DNA from: a virus
Virus record (IMG/VR): IMGVR_UViG_3300031857_016023
Coordinates: 1 to 64,000 of that record
DNA length: 64,000 nt
Direction: 5' to 3' (one strand)
The translations under genes were made by a program, and so were the position numbers. This document shows, in pieces, positions 1 through 9,085 of the stretch; position 1 is the stretch's first letter, and the number at the start of each line of letters is the position of its first letter. The notes under the pieces were generated by a model, which did no database searches, was not told the DNA's origin, and worked only from the letters and a program-made list of their open reading frames with translations.

Positions 1-996
1 GTTTGTTATGGCTAATAGAGATAATGCTGTCATAATAACAATACCGTCTAATCTATTTGGAGTGGTTTTCAATCTCAAAGAAATTAAATTGTAATATGTT
101 CCAGCAACAGCTAAATCAATTGGGCTATCAACTGGTGTTTGAACGGCTTGCTGCGATCCAAGCAATTCATAACCACCTTCAGACATAATGGATGAACAAA
201 TCTGTTTCATTGTAGAATTACTTGTTGTAATACCTGTATTCTTGATTTCATAACGCAATGGCAAAGAAGCCGTTGTCATATAAGGAACTGTATTTCTATT
301 ATCATTGTGGAATACATGTGCGGGAACCATTTTTCCATCAACAACAAATCCACAACGAACATCGCCAACGCCAAGCCACTCAATATCCATCCAAAGAATA
401 TTTGTTTTACTTACATCAATTCCACCAGTGTGTTCAACGCCACCACTTTGAGATGAGTAACCGGTGCCGTCAAACTTGTCTATACTCCAATTTGTTTGTG
501 CAACTTTTGTTTCTGTAATTGTTCCTGTTGTGTTACTTCTCAATACAAAATAGTTTGTTGTACCATCATTTTCAAAGAAGATGCCATTCTCAGCTCCATA
601 ATAACCAACTCTTTGACGAACATTTGCTTTTGGTGTTTCCATGGCAAATGATGACAACATCAACAAAGATTTACCTGGTTGATATGAAAATACTCTTGTT
701 GTTTCACGAATAATTTCTGCATTTGCTGTAGTTCCTACAGTCATCACAATCATGCTTTGGTTATTCACAAAAGCATAAGAACTATTTCCTGCTGTATTTG
801 ATGTTGCCCATAAACCATTATCAGAAAAACGATGTGTGCTATCAAAAAGAGTATATGTATCTGATGTTCGAAGCCGACCAAAAGCATCTGTCATTGTGCC
901 AGACGGTGAAAGACGGTCCGACAACATATTCACTTCATAACGAGTGAATACTTGTCCTGAATCTATCTTGTGTAGGTCGGTTCTAAACTGTGCCAC
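1..996 (-). CDS. Conserved phage hypothetical protein, probably virion-associated (runs off the left edge)
   Basis: Not in the ORF track. GTG at 996 abuts the TAA of the upstream gene and the frame is open to position 1: MAQFRTDLHKIDSGQ...DAFGRLRTS...YQPGKSLL...DIEWLGVGDVRCGF, a motif set I recognise from T4-like aquatic phages. Confidence 0.8.
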   Translation of the reverse strand, partial: MAQFRTDLHKIDSGQVFTRYEVNMLSDRLSPSGTMTDAFGRLRTSDTYTLFDSTHRFSDNGLWATSNTAGNSSYAFVNNQSMIVMTVGTTANAEIIRETTRVFSYQPGKSLLMLSSFAMETPKANVRQRVGYYGAENGIFFENDGTTNYFVLRSNTTGTITETKVAQTNWSIDKFDGTGYSSQSGGVEHTGGIDVSKTNILWMDIEWLGVGDVRCGFVVDGKMVPAHVFHNDNRNTVPYMTTASLPLRYEIKNTGITTSNSTMKQICSSIMSEGGYELLGSQQAVQTPVDSPIDLAVAGTYYNLISLRLKTTPNRLDGIVIMTALSLLAITN

Positions 997-1653
997 TTAG
1001 CAGTTCCACTTCCTTAATGCTTTGTTGATACGGCTATCTGGATCATTGGCAGTTTTAGCAGATGTTAAACGCTTCTTCATTCCACCCATACGAGCACAAA
1101 ATGATTTACGGCGATTGGCTGACTTTGAACCAGGTTTTAATTTACTTGGCTTTGTAGTAACTGCCATAGAAAGTTTTGAACCTGGATTTTCACGGCGATA
1201 CGATTCAATACCTTTACGATTCAAACCGCCAGATTCAGATTTACCTTCTTTGCGTTGCCATGCAGCAACTTCATCCAAATATTCTTCGTGTAATTCTTTT
1301 ACACTTTTAATAGTTTTTTGTTGATGGTTTGGATGAACTTTTACATGAGAGTTATCAATTACATGCCTTAGAGCATCTTCATGGCTACTGTGCTCATTTT
1401 CTCCTCTAAATTCTACACCTTTAATGTGTTTAAATTGATGGTGTGGAGAACCAGTATGATGACCAGAATGTTGAGAAGTATGGTAGTCGCCATCTTTATA
1501 ATGGTCGACATAACCAATATGATGCACTTCTTTGGAACCATGAGGTTTGTAATAAACTCCATGGGTTGATCCTTCTTTATCTGAATATTGTTTATGCAGA
1601 TAAAGAGTGCCGCCGTTACTTTCTTCCGTGATAAATGATTTAAAAGATTTCAT
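997..1653 (-). CDS. Putative internal head protein: CTS-like N-terminus, His-rich domain, basic C-terminal DUF6321-like domain
   Basis: Starts MKSFKSFITE (compare T4 IPIII MKTYQEFIAE); C-terminal AAWQRKEGK..GGLN..RRKSFCARM..SRINKALRKWNC. Confidence 0.7.
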   Translation of the reverse strand: MKSFKSFITEESNGGTLYLHKQYSDKEGSTHGVYYKPHGSKEVHHIGYVDHYKDGDYHTSQHSGHHTGSPHHQFKHIKGVEFRGENEHSSHEDALRHVIDNSHVKVHPNHQQKTIKSVKELHEEYLDEVAAWQRKEGKSESGGLNRKGIESYRRENPGSKLSMAVTTKPSKLKPGSKSANRRKSFCARMGGMKKRLTSAKTANDPDSRINKALRKWNC

Positions 1654-4184
1654 CCTATTGGCCTTTTAGCTTTAAATGTTTTAATGTTGATACCTTTTTG
1701 TTTCAATACATTATCATTAAAATCACTCATTGATGTAGCATCTTCACCACCGGCACCAATTGCTTCTTCAAATGGTTTTTTATTCTGTTTTGTTTTCAAT
1801 GACGGCCTCTGTGCATTTTCTCCACCTGCCGACAAAGATAAACCAGGTTCAATGCCTTTGTCAATTGATTCTTTTACTTTTTCTTTTTGGCGGGAGCGGA
1901 TTTGCCCGAGCGTGATTTTTGGGGTTGGGGTTTCTTTGTTGGTGCCTTGGATTTCGATGCCGGTGCCTTTGGCGTACTCGTTGGCGCTGGTGAGCTCGGT
2001 GTAACCTTCTGAGATAAGTTGTCTGCTCTCTCCTGTGCTACTCTGGTTGATCCGTCTAGCGGATGAGTTTGACTCTCTGATTTGCCAAAAAGGTTTTTGA
2101 TTAAGTTCAACATCTTCATTCTCCTCATTTATTTTAATAACATAGCCATTTTTATAAGGCATGACTGTACCATTACTTGTATGTGCTTCTCTTGCAGCTG
2201 CGGCACGAAGCATAAATGTTCTTACTTTACCACTTTTATCTTTTAGAAGTTTAATTTCTTTTTTCTTTTCTTCTTCTAATTCAATCTCATCGATTCGTGT
2301 ACCAAGCAATAGGAGGTTTAATGATGACGAATCAGACAACTGATATGATTCTGATAATTTACCTTTGCCAAAGTTAGATACATTAATTGGTGCACCTTTA
2401 CGCTCTGGATCTGGATCATGTCGGCGTTTGGCAGAAACAGCAGATGCTCGTTCTTTCTTACTCAACTTAGCACGCTTTTCATTCGACATACATTTTGGTT
2501 TTGCTTCGCCTGGTTCACGAGCACATGGACCAATTGCTTCGCCTTTGCTGTTGATTCTTTTCCATCCACCTTTTGGATGTTTTGGATCAAACCATTGGCG
2601 CAAATCTTCGGTGAATACTTCTTCAAATTCTTCATTAACACCTTTCTTTGGTGCACCAGAAGAACTCGATACAGGAATATTTGGTTGCTGTGGTTCTTCT
2701 CTCTGTACCTCAACAAGTTTATCATGGATAGAACGATATGTAACTTTACCATTTTTACCGTAGCGGCCAAATCCATAATAAGTTAATCCTAATTTTCTAG
2801 CTTCTTCAGCAGCTCCAGAACCTGGATGTGGTGGCATTTCAGCACCTTCTTTTGGTACAGGCAATTTATCTGACAAATCTAATTCATGTGCAACCCATAA
2901 AGATGCTGCTTCTGATTTTGGTGGATCTGCTACGAATTGTTGAATATTTTTAAACAACTCTGTCATTTCATCTTTTTTAGCTTTAACAACATCCGGTGCG
3001 GCCGCTCTTAAATCTTCTGAGTTATCAAATTCAACATAACGATCACCAAACATTTTTGCTAATTCTGGTCTTGCGTTCTGAACTGCTTCCCATTTTTGAC
3101 GGCGAATATCTTCTGGTACTGTTCTACCACCACGCTGTCCTCTTTCAACATTTCTTTGCGCTGATACTTCATCATTTGTATTGACCATAATCATTGAAGT
3201 ATCATAACCAATTTCTTCTAAGCGATCTTTAATGCGACCAATCTTTTCATGGTCATCACCTGTGCCGTTAATGATAAGACCATTACGACCCATCAACGCT
3301 AAACGCTGACGTAATTCGGTCATATTTTTGGCTTTACCACGAACAACATCACGCTTTTCTTTTTCAGCTTCAGGCATTGTTTTATCAAGACCTTCTTTGT
3401 CCATCAAAAACTCTAAAGCTTTATCTGAATTGATTTCAGTAAGACCGTGACCATCAAGTGTGTTGCTAAGAACATAATCTTTACCAGAACCAGGACCACC
3501 TGCTAAAAAAACTGCTTTGAAAATGGCCTTATCATGCACACCTTCAATAAGCAATTCTTGGAAATCTTCGTTTACATCTTCGTTCATTCCCATGCCTTTG
3601 CGAACATGGTTAAACATTTCTTTTGCATGAGCATCAGTCATCGCTGAAGGAACACCTTTGCGAAATTCTTTGTAATTGCCATTTGAAGCATGCTCACGCA
3701 TTTTGCTTGCTGACATACCTTCTACGCCTTCAGCATCTGGATCACGCTCACCGGCAGAATGAACTTCAATGTGTTTAAAGTTATAAGAACCATGTGGTCC
3801 TTTTACACCATTATATTTGTGTAGAAGTTTATGATATTCTTCGGCACGGTCTGAGCCGCCAACCATGTGGAAATGTGTTACACCTTGTTTGTGTAACTTT
3901 GCGGCTTGTGCTAGGAAATTTGGTGCAGATGCGTCAGATGACGATACATTGACGCCAGGAAAAGCACGCTTAGCATGCTTGAGTTTTTGTGCGGGAGAAA
4001 GAGGATTTTTCTTTGGATCTTGTGAGTGCGAAACAACGATATGTGCAGAACCACCAACTTTTTTGGCAATTTCTTGTACTTTATTGACAAGTTTTTCATG
4101 GCCAACTGTAATTGGGTTCATACGCCCAAAGGCCATTACTGCATGTTTTTCTTTCTGCTCTAGCAGAAAATCGCTAAATTTCAT
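1650..4184 (-). CDS. Multidomain protein: HIGH-family (cytidylyl/NMN-adenylyltransferase-like) nucleotidyltransferase, P-loop kinase and small basic domains
   Basis: FGRMNPITVGH and MSASKMR motifs; Walker A GGPGSGKD with RNVER lid; MKFSDFLLE N-terminus; late promoter upstream. Confidence 0.8.
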   Translation of the reverse strand: MKFSDFLLEQKEKHAVMAFGRMNPITVGHEKLVNKVQEIAKKVGGSAHIVVSHSQDPKKNPLSPAQKLKHAKRAFPGVNVSSSDASAPNFLAQAAKLHKQGVTHFHMVGGSDRAEEYHKLLHKYNGVKGPHGSYNFKHIEVHSAGERDPDAEGVEGMSASKMREHASNGNYKEFRKGVPSAMTDAHAKEMFNHVRKGMGMNEDVNEDFQELLIEGVHDKAIFKAVFLAGGPGSGKDYVLSNTLDGHGLTEINSDKALEFLMDKEGLDKTMPEAEKEKRDVVRGKAKNMTELRQRLALMGRNGLIINGTGDDHEKIGRIKDRLEEIGYDTSMIMVNTNDEVSAQRNVERGQRGGRTVPEDIRRQKWEAVQNARPELAKMFGDRYVEFDNSEDLRAAAPDVVKAKKDEMTELFKNIQQFVADPPKSEAASLWVAHELDLSDKLPVPKEGAEMPPHPGSGAAEEARKLGLTYYGFGRYGKNGKVTYRSIHDKLVEVQREEPQQPNIPVSSSSGAPKKGVNEEFEEVFTEDLRQWFDPKHPKGGWKRINSKGEAIGPCAREPGEAKPKCMSNEKRAKLSKKERASAVSAKRRHDPDPERKGAPINVSNFGKGKLSESYQLSDSSSLNLLLLGTRIDEIELEEEKKKEIKLLKDKSGKVRTFMLRAAAAREAHTSNGTVMPYKNGYVIKINEENEDVELNQKPFWQIRESNSSARRINQSSTGESRQLISEGYTELTSANEYAKGTGIEIQGTNKETPTPKITLGQIRSRQKEKVKESIDKGIEPGLSLSAGGENAQRPSLKTKQNKKPFEEAIGAGGEDATSMSDFNDNVLKQKGINIKTFKAKRPIG
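1874..2113 (-). CDS. Nested out-of-frame small basic protein (amphipathic N-terminus, Pro/Ala/Lys-rich tail)
   Basis: GAGGAG SD at 2121-2126, 7 nt before ATG 2113; MLNLIKNLFGK...HPLDG...KAPAKKKK-type composition. Confidence 0.55.
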   Translation of the reverse strand: MLNLIKNLFGKSESQTHPLDGSTRVAQERADNLSQKVTPSSPAPTSTPKAPASKSKAPTKKPQPQKSRSGKSAPAKKKK

Positions 4185-4219
4185 ATCTCTCCCGCCTCTA
4201 CAGCGTTACATTGATATGC

Positions 4220-4227
4220 TATTTATA
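4220..4227 (-). promoter_or_regulatory. T4-type late (gp55) promoter TATAAATA
   Basis: Exact consensus 35 nt upstream of the 844-aa gene; gp55 is encoded in this window. Confidence 0.75.
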
Positions 4228-4231
4228 CGGT

Positions 4232-4939
4232 TTAATCTGTTCTAAATGTAACAAAACCACCATGCATTTTAGGAACTGAGTCTGGTTGCATGACTATTCT
4301 TGACATTCCTATCTCCATAGGAATCTTTTCGCCAACATTGCCTTTATCAAAAACAATGATAGAATCGTACACAGACATACATTTAACATTACGAGTGAAA
4401 TAATCAGGTTCTTTCTGGCCTCTAGCATGATCTGCATTGATACTATCAATCATACCTTTTGCGACATTATTAATTGATTCTGGTTCTTTAATACTTCCAC
4501 CATGAGAATCCCAATATGCTGCATGAGTATCTTCAATGAAGTAAATGCCATCATCTGCCAATTTTGGAAATAAAAATTGAAAGGTTTTATTAACATGAGC
4601 AACATGATGTGAACCATCATCAATAATCAAATCGAAAGCTCCAAATTCATCAATTAGACTTTGTAGAAATTTTTCATCAGTTTGATCACCAATACGAACA
4701 TTTATGCCTTCTTGTTCATGCTGCTTGCATAAAGGATTAATATCTATGCCAACGATTGTAGCTTCTGGAAAATAATAACGCCACATTTCTAAAGAACCAC
4801 CATTTAAAATACCAATTTCTAGTATCTTAATTGGTTTATTACGAATAGGAGTAAAATGCTTTTCGTAAATTGGAAAGTAATGTTTCCATTTTGTAATTTT
4901 TTTACCTTTATTTGTTGTAAAATAGTTCCATAGTTCCAT
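4232..4939 (-). CDS. Class I SAM-dependent (sugar O-)methyltransferase
   Basis: ILEIGILNGGS motif I, GIDI, IGDQ, DLIIDDGSH, GIYFIED. Confidence 0.85.
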   Translation of the reverse strand: MELWNYFTTNKGKKITKWKHYFPIYEKHFTPIRNKPIKILEIGILNGGSLEMWRYYFPEATIVGIDINPLCKQHEQEGINVRIGDQTDEKFLQSLIDEFGAFDLIIDDGSHHVAHVNKTFQFLFPKLADDGIYFIEDTHAAYWDSHGGSIKEPESINNVAKGMIDSINADHARGQKEPDYFTRNVKCMSVYDSIIVFDKGNVGEKIPMEIGMSRIVMQPDSVPKMHGGFVTFRTD

Positions 4940-5649
4940 TAGTATTTCTCCGTTTCACCTGATCCAGCAACAATGCCAGAGCATTTTATTCTATCAAATT
5001 CAATAACATATCTTCTATCTAGGCACAAGTAATGAGCATGTTCAGTATCAATTCCGTGTGTCATAACATTACTTATCATTGGTCCTATTGTTTGTAAGTA
5101 ATTATCTAATAAAGATGGGCAGAAAGAATACATTCGTGTAATATACAAATGGTCAGTAATGTTTGTTTTTCTTTCTGGTGACATCCAAGAAGGGATAGAT
5201 TTTTTAAAAACATATTTGCCATACATGTTATTATATTCTGAAATATCAAAATCTTCGTCTAATAAAGTTCTAGCAGAGTATTTAAAAATTCTTTTTACAC
5301 CATGTAAAAAACCCATCAGTTGAGGATTTTGCTTGAATTGCATGAGTGTATTAAATAACATCAACAATTCAGCTTCACTTTTTTTGCCTGTTTTAGCAAA
5401 GTTATTAATATCTGGATGAGTAGTAAACCATAAAGCTTGACAATAGTTACCAATTATTTCCTTTATTTTATCAGGAACAGGTTCAGGAGATCCATCAACG
5501 AAAAGAACTGCCGCTTCAGGCACTCTATCTCTTAAATTATTTAAGGTGTTTATTGTTTGTTCTAAACGATCATCACTATTAACAACACCAATGTTAGCAT
5601 TTAATGCTGAAGTGACGATGAATAGGTTTCTATCCGGTATAAAGCTCAT
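4939..5649 (-). CDS. Putative glycosyltransferase-like protein
   Basis: FIVTSAL..RLEQTINTL..LFVDGS..IFKYSAR GT-A-like pattern; lies in a sugar gene cluster. Confidence 0.5.
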   Translation of the reverse strand: MSFIPDRNLFIVTSALNANIGVVNSDDRLEQTINTLNNLRDRVPEAAVLFVDGSPEPVPDKIKEIIGNYCQALWFTTHPDINNFAKTGKKSEAELLMLFNTLMQFKQNPQLMGFLHGVKRIFKYSARTLLDEDFDISEYNNMYGKYVFKKSIPSWMSPERKTNITDHLYITRMYSFCPSLLDNYLQTIGPMISNVMTHGIDTEHAHYLCLDRRYVIEFDRIKCSGIVAGSGETEKY

Positions 5650-6640
5650 AATTTTGTTTCATTGATTCAATCATTAATGATTCAATGTCCTTGTTTGGTT
5701 TCCAATTTAATAATTCCTCGGCCTTTTTCGTGCAGCCTAACGAAAACTTTTTTACTTCATTTTCAATTACAAAATCTTGTATGGGTTTGGTGCCTTCATA
5801 TAAATCATCGTATCCTGACCAATATTTAGCAGGCGGATCAAACTTATAATCAAAGCTGCCAAAAGCCTTCTTCGCATATACAACAATATCACTTACAGAA
5901 GTTAATGTACCAGTACAAACATTAAAGATTTCTCTATCAGTTCTTGGCAATACTTTTTCAATCATTGACACCACATCATCAACATGAATATAATCTCTTG
6001 GATGATTACCAGAAGAATAGAGTGTGATTGGTTCTTTTCTTTTGACCTGACGCACAATATAATTCATCAGAGGTGGTGATTTACGGTGAATATCTTGCCG
6101 TGGGCCAAACACATTGAAGAATCGTAATGTAGTAATGTTCATATCATAGTTGCGTATGAATGATTGTATTGTTTCTTCCATTAGTTTCTTTGACAATGGA
6201 TAAAACAACTTCGGCGTTACAATAGAAGATTCTTTAAATGGCGCTTCTTTTGGATCATTGTTCTCATAGATTGCTGATGTGCTAGCAACAATGACATGGA
6301 TACCTTTACGGCGTGCTGCATTAAGTATATTGGCTGTACCGCCAACATTTACATCAATACAAGTGTGTGGATCTATTTCACATTGAGGCAAAGAAGAAAT
6401 AGCTGCAAGATGAATCACCACATCAATCTCATGGTAATCAAAGTAATTTGATAATTGTAGATAAGGGAGTCTAATATCACCTTTGATAAATTGACAAAAG
6501 AATTCACCGTTCTCTTTTAGATTTTCTTCGTAGCCGTTATTCAGATTATCATAGGCAATCACTTTATGGCCATTCTGTGACAACTTTAATGATAGCGTAG
6601 AACCAATGCCGCCTGCAGCTCCTGTAATAAAGATATTCAA
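5630..6640 (-). CDS. NAD-dependent nucleotide-sugar epimerase/dehydratase
   Basis: GAAGGIG Rossmann motif, HLAA, YPLSK (YxxxK), LRFFNVFGP, RDYIHVDD. Confidence 0.9.
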   Translation of the reverse strand: MNIFITGAAGGIGSTLSLKLSQNGHKVIAYDNLNNGYEENLKENGEFFCQFIKGDIRLPYLQLSNYFDYHEIDVVIHLAAISSLPQCEIDPHTCIDVNVGGTANILNAARRKGIHVIVASTSAIYENNDPKEAPFKESSIVTPKLFYPLSKKLMEETIQSFIRNYDMNITTLRFFNVFGPRQDIHRKSPPLMNYIVRQVKRKEPITLYSSGNHPRDYIHVDDVVSMIEKVLPRTDREIFNVCTGTLTSVSDIVVYAKKAFGSFDYKFDPPAKYWSGYDDLYEGTKPIQDFVIENEVKKFSLGCTKKAEELLNWKPNKDIESLMIESMKQNYELYTG

Positions 6641-7650
6641 ATCAAATCTCCTAAATCTTCACTATCTCTTTTGATATTGACAGCAAGGGCAGTAGGATAT
6701 GGGTTTGAACTTGCATAATCATTTATCAATATTCGTTTGCTATGATGAATACCCATAATCAAAGGACAACCACCAAAACCCAATTCGTCTAGCATATTCA
6801 TTGTCAATATGCCATATTTGTCCGGTCTGGATGTGGTAAATACAATCTTACATCCTCGCCTTTTTTCTTTTAATAGAGCAGTCACATTGTCCCAAAGTGG
6901 TTCACATGGCTCATTGTAGTCCCATTTTGATTTAACAATAGTGCCATCAATATCACAGAAGTATGTTGGTTTATTATTGAAATCAAACCAATCTTCTGCG
7001 GTGCCAACATCGATAAAGTTTTCTACTTCACTTTCAAAAAATATATTGTTTTGCGAAATCATGTAATCTACAATATTAGAAACAAATATTTCACCAGTTG
7101 TAGATAGTTTATCGAAAGCATCAACGAAACTTTGTGCTGTTTCAAACTGATAGCCACCAACACAGAAATGGTCACTTACAATTCTTTTCTCTACAACTGA
7201 ATTGATGATGCCTTGGTCATTTGTAAGTGTGTAACTTTTGGCACCTGCCGTTCTTATACTTGGATGTTTTGAAAGGTTAGCAACATAGATTATATTACCT
7301 TCTTGTTCGTTTGTTTCATAAAAACCATCACAGTCTTTAATGAGTAAAGCAGAAGATAAATTGACACGACCTCGTTTGATTGCTTGATAAACGGTATCTG
7401 CTGGGCCTGAAGTAAGTTTATCTAGTATCACAATATCAATTTTATTACCAAATGCCTCATTTAATTTTTTTCGAGCCATGTATTTTTCATCATGCTCCTT
7501 TAGAATGACAATTGTAACACGGTTTTTGCCTATGTAATGTTCTGCTGCATTTTCAACCATTAATCGACCAGAATAATCTGTCAGTAGGTATTTTGGTCGC
7601 ATATTAGGAAACCGTGATGAAGCACCGGCGCAAGGAATAATTACTTCCAT
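6637..7650 (-). CDS. Sugar-phosphate nucleotidyltransferase fused to a HAD-like phosphatase
   Basis: IIPCAGASSRF..PKYLL N-terminus, DVGT, then FCDIDGTI HAD motif I and INDYA. Confidence 0.8.
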   Translation of the reverse strand: MEVIIPCAGASSRFPNMRPKYLLTDYSGRLMVENAAEHYIGKNRVTIVILKEHDEKYMARKKLNEAFGNKIDIVILDKLTSGPADTVYQAIKRGRVNLSSALLIKDCDGFYETNEQEGNIIYVANLSKHPSIRTAGAKSYTLTNDQGIINSVVEKRIVSDHFCVGGYQFETAQSFVDAFDKLSTTGEIFVSNIVDYMISQNNIFFESEVENFIDVGTAEDWFDFNNKPTYFCDIDGTIVKSKWDYNEPCEPLWDNVTALLKEKRRGCKIVFTTSRPDKYGILTMNMLDELGFGGCPLIMGIHHSKRILINDYASSNPYPTALAVNIKRDSEDLGDLI

Positions 7651-8384
7651 AATTTTCTTATCTCACTTTCAACAAAATACTTATCATCATTAACATGCGT
7701 ATAAGGTAAAACTCGCATCAACATTAGTATTAACAAATAATCACTATAATAGCAGGTGTATGTTTTAAGTGTATCTTCTAATACTTTTAGTTTAGAATCA
7801 AAAAAGAGAATATCTTTACGAATGAACCATTTACACTTAATATCCTGCATCAACTTTGCTAAATCAAATACATATGAATCATATTCTGTGGTCAATGGGT
7901 CAATCAATATAAAACCACCATTCACCTCATATAAAATGTTTTCTAGTGTCAAATCACCATGATATTCGGAAGATGGTAGTGTTTTTGGCAATTTAGCATA
8001 CAACTCACTTGCAGTAAAAGGTAGTTCATATTGATTCCAAGGAAATACGGAAAGTTTTTGGTCATAAATTTTAGAATAATCTTTTTCTATCGTTTGACTG
8101 GACATTATGTTTAAAGTGTTTGTCAGAAATTCACAAAGTTTACTCACATCATGTGTTGTTAGATATGTTTTAATATCTTGGTGTTGGATGTATTCCATAT
8201 CATATGCATCACCATATACATCCAACAATTTTGGTATTGGTAGATGAAGTCGAGAAAGAGCATCATATCGTTCCAAATTACGGCCAACGCCGCCAGTCTT
8301 TCGAACAAAGATACGATGGTCTTTCTGCATCAATTCAACTTTACTCATTGAATGGCCTTTCAATTGTTTTATTACTTTTGCCAA
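7641..8384 (-). CDS. Aminoglycoside/choline kinase-fold phosphotransferase
   Basis: GHS glycine loop, VRK, HGDLTLENIL Brenner motif, LIDP. Confidence 0.8.
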   Translation of the reverse strand: MAKVIKQLKGHSMSKVELMQKDHRIFVRKTGGVGRNLERYDALSRLHLPIPKLLDVYGDAYDMEYIQHQDIKTYLTTHDVSKLCEFLTNTLNIMSSQTIEKDYSKIYDQKLSVFPWNQYELPFTASELYAKLPKTLPSSEYHGDLTLENILYEVNGGFILIDPLTTEYDSYVFDLAKLMQDIKCKWFIRKDILFFDSKLKVLEDTLKTYTCYYSDYLLILMLMRVLPYTHVNDDKYFVESEIRKLWK

Positions 8385-9076
8385 AATTCAAAATCTTCTC
8401 TCAACAATGAATGCCATGTTCCGTTGTGTGGGCCTGGTGGAAATGGATGATTTGGATTAAAGTAAACTAAATTTTCACCAACCAATCCTTTTTCACGCCA
8501 ATTTGCAGCCATCATTTCTTCACCAATCATAATTGTGCCACGGTCATAAAACTTTTCAATTTGATTAAAACAATCTGCGTATTTGTCCATATTAGAAGAA
8601 GATGAAAAAGCAAACTGGTCATTACCAAAATCTCTCTGTGGTGTCATTCGACAATTTGGAATATAAAGTTTACTATTGTCCAATTCAGTAAAAGGTATTG
8701 TAAGATTGATAGCAAAATCGTAGCGAGAACGAATAACCCAATCGTAAGTTTTAGTTTTTTCTTCTTCATGTATAATTTTTAGTTCATTAGCTTTCATCAG
8801 AGAGTATGTTAGATTCCATGCAGCACGAGCAGGATCTTTTACTTTCCAATTTGGTTGTGGTGGCGGAACTCTAGTAAACTTCGACAGGTCATTTGTTAAA
8901 GGTTTTTCTATCATTGTTGCAACTGGTGCATAAGCAGAAACATCTTCTACACCAGGTGAATCCCACACATGACAAAATACATCTACATCATAAAGGTCTA
9001 ATAAATTATTTTTGTGATATTCATAACCTTGTTTAACACATCTTGGTTGTCCACTTAAACATAATGCAATTTTCAT
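8372..9076 (-). CDS. Putative glycosyltransferase (KIALCLSGQPR family)
   Basis: MKIALCLSGQPR, DVFCHVW, YDWVIRSRYD, NDQFAF. Confidence 0.65.
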   Translation of the reverse strand: MKIALCLSGQPRCVKQGYEYHKNNLLDLYDVDVFCHVWDSPGVEDVSAYAPVATMIEKPLTNDLSKFTRVPPPQPNWKVKDPARAAWNLTYSLMKANELKIIHEEEKTKTYDWVIRSRYDFAINLTIPFTELDNSKLYIPNCRMTPQRDFGNDQFAFSSSSNMDKYADCFNQIEKFYDRGTIMIGEEMMAANWREKGLVGENLVYFNPNHPFPPGPHNGTWHSLLREDFEFWQK

Positions 9077-9085
9077 TTTTTAATT

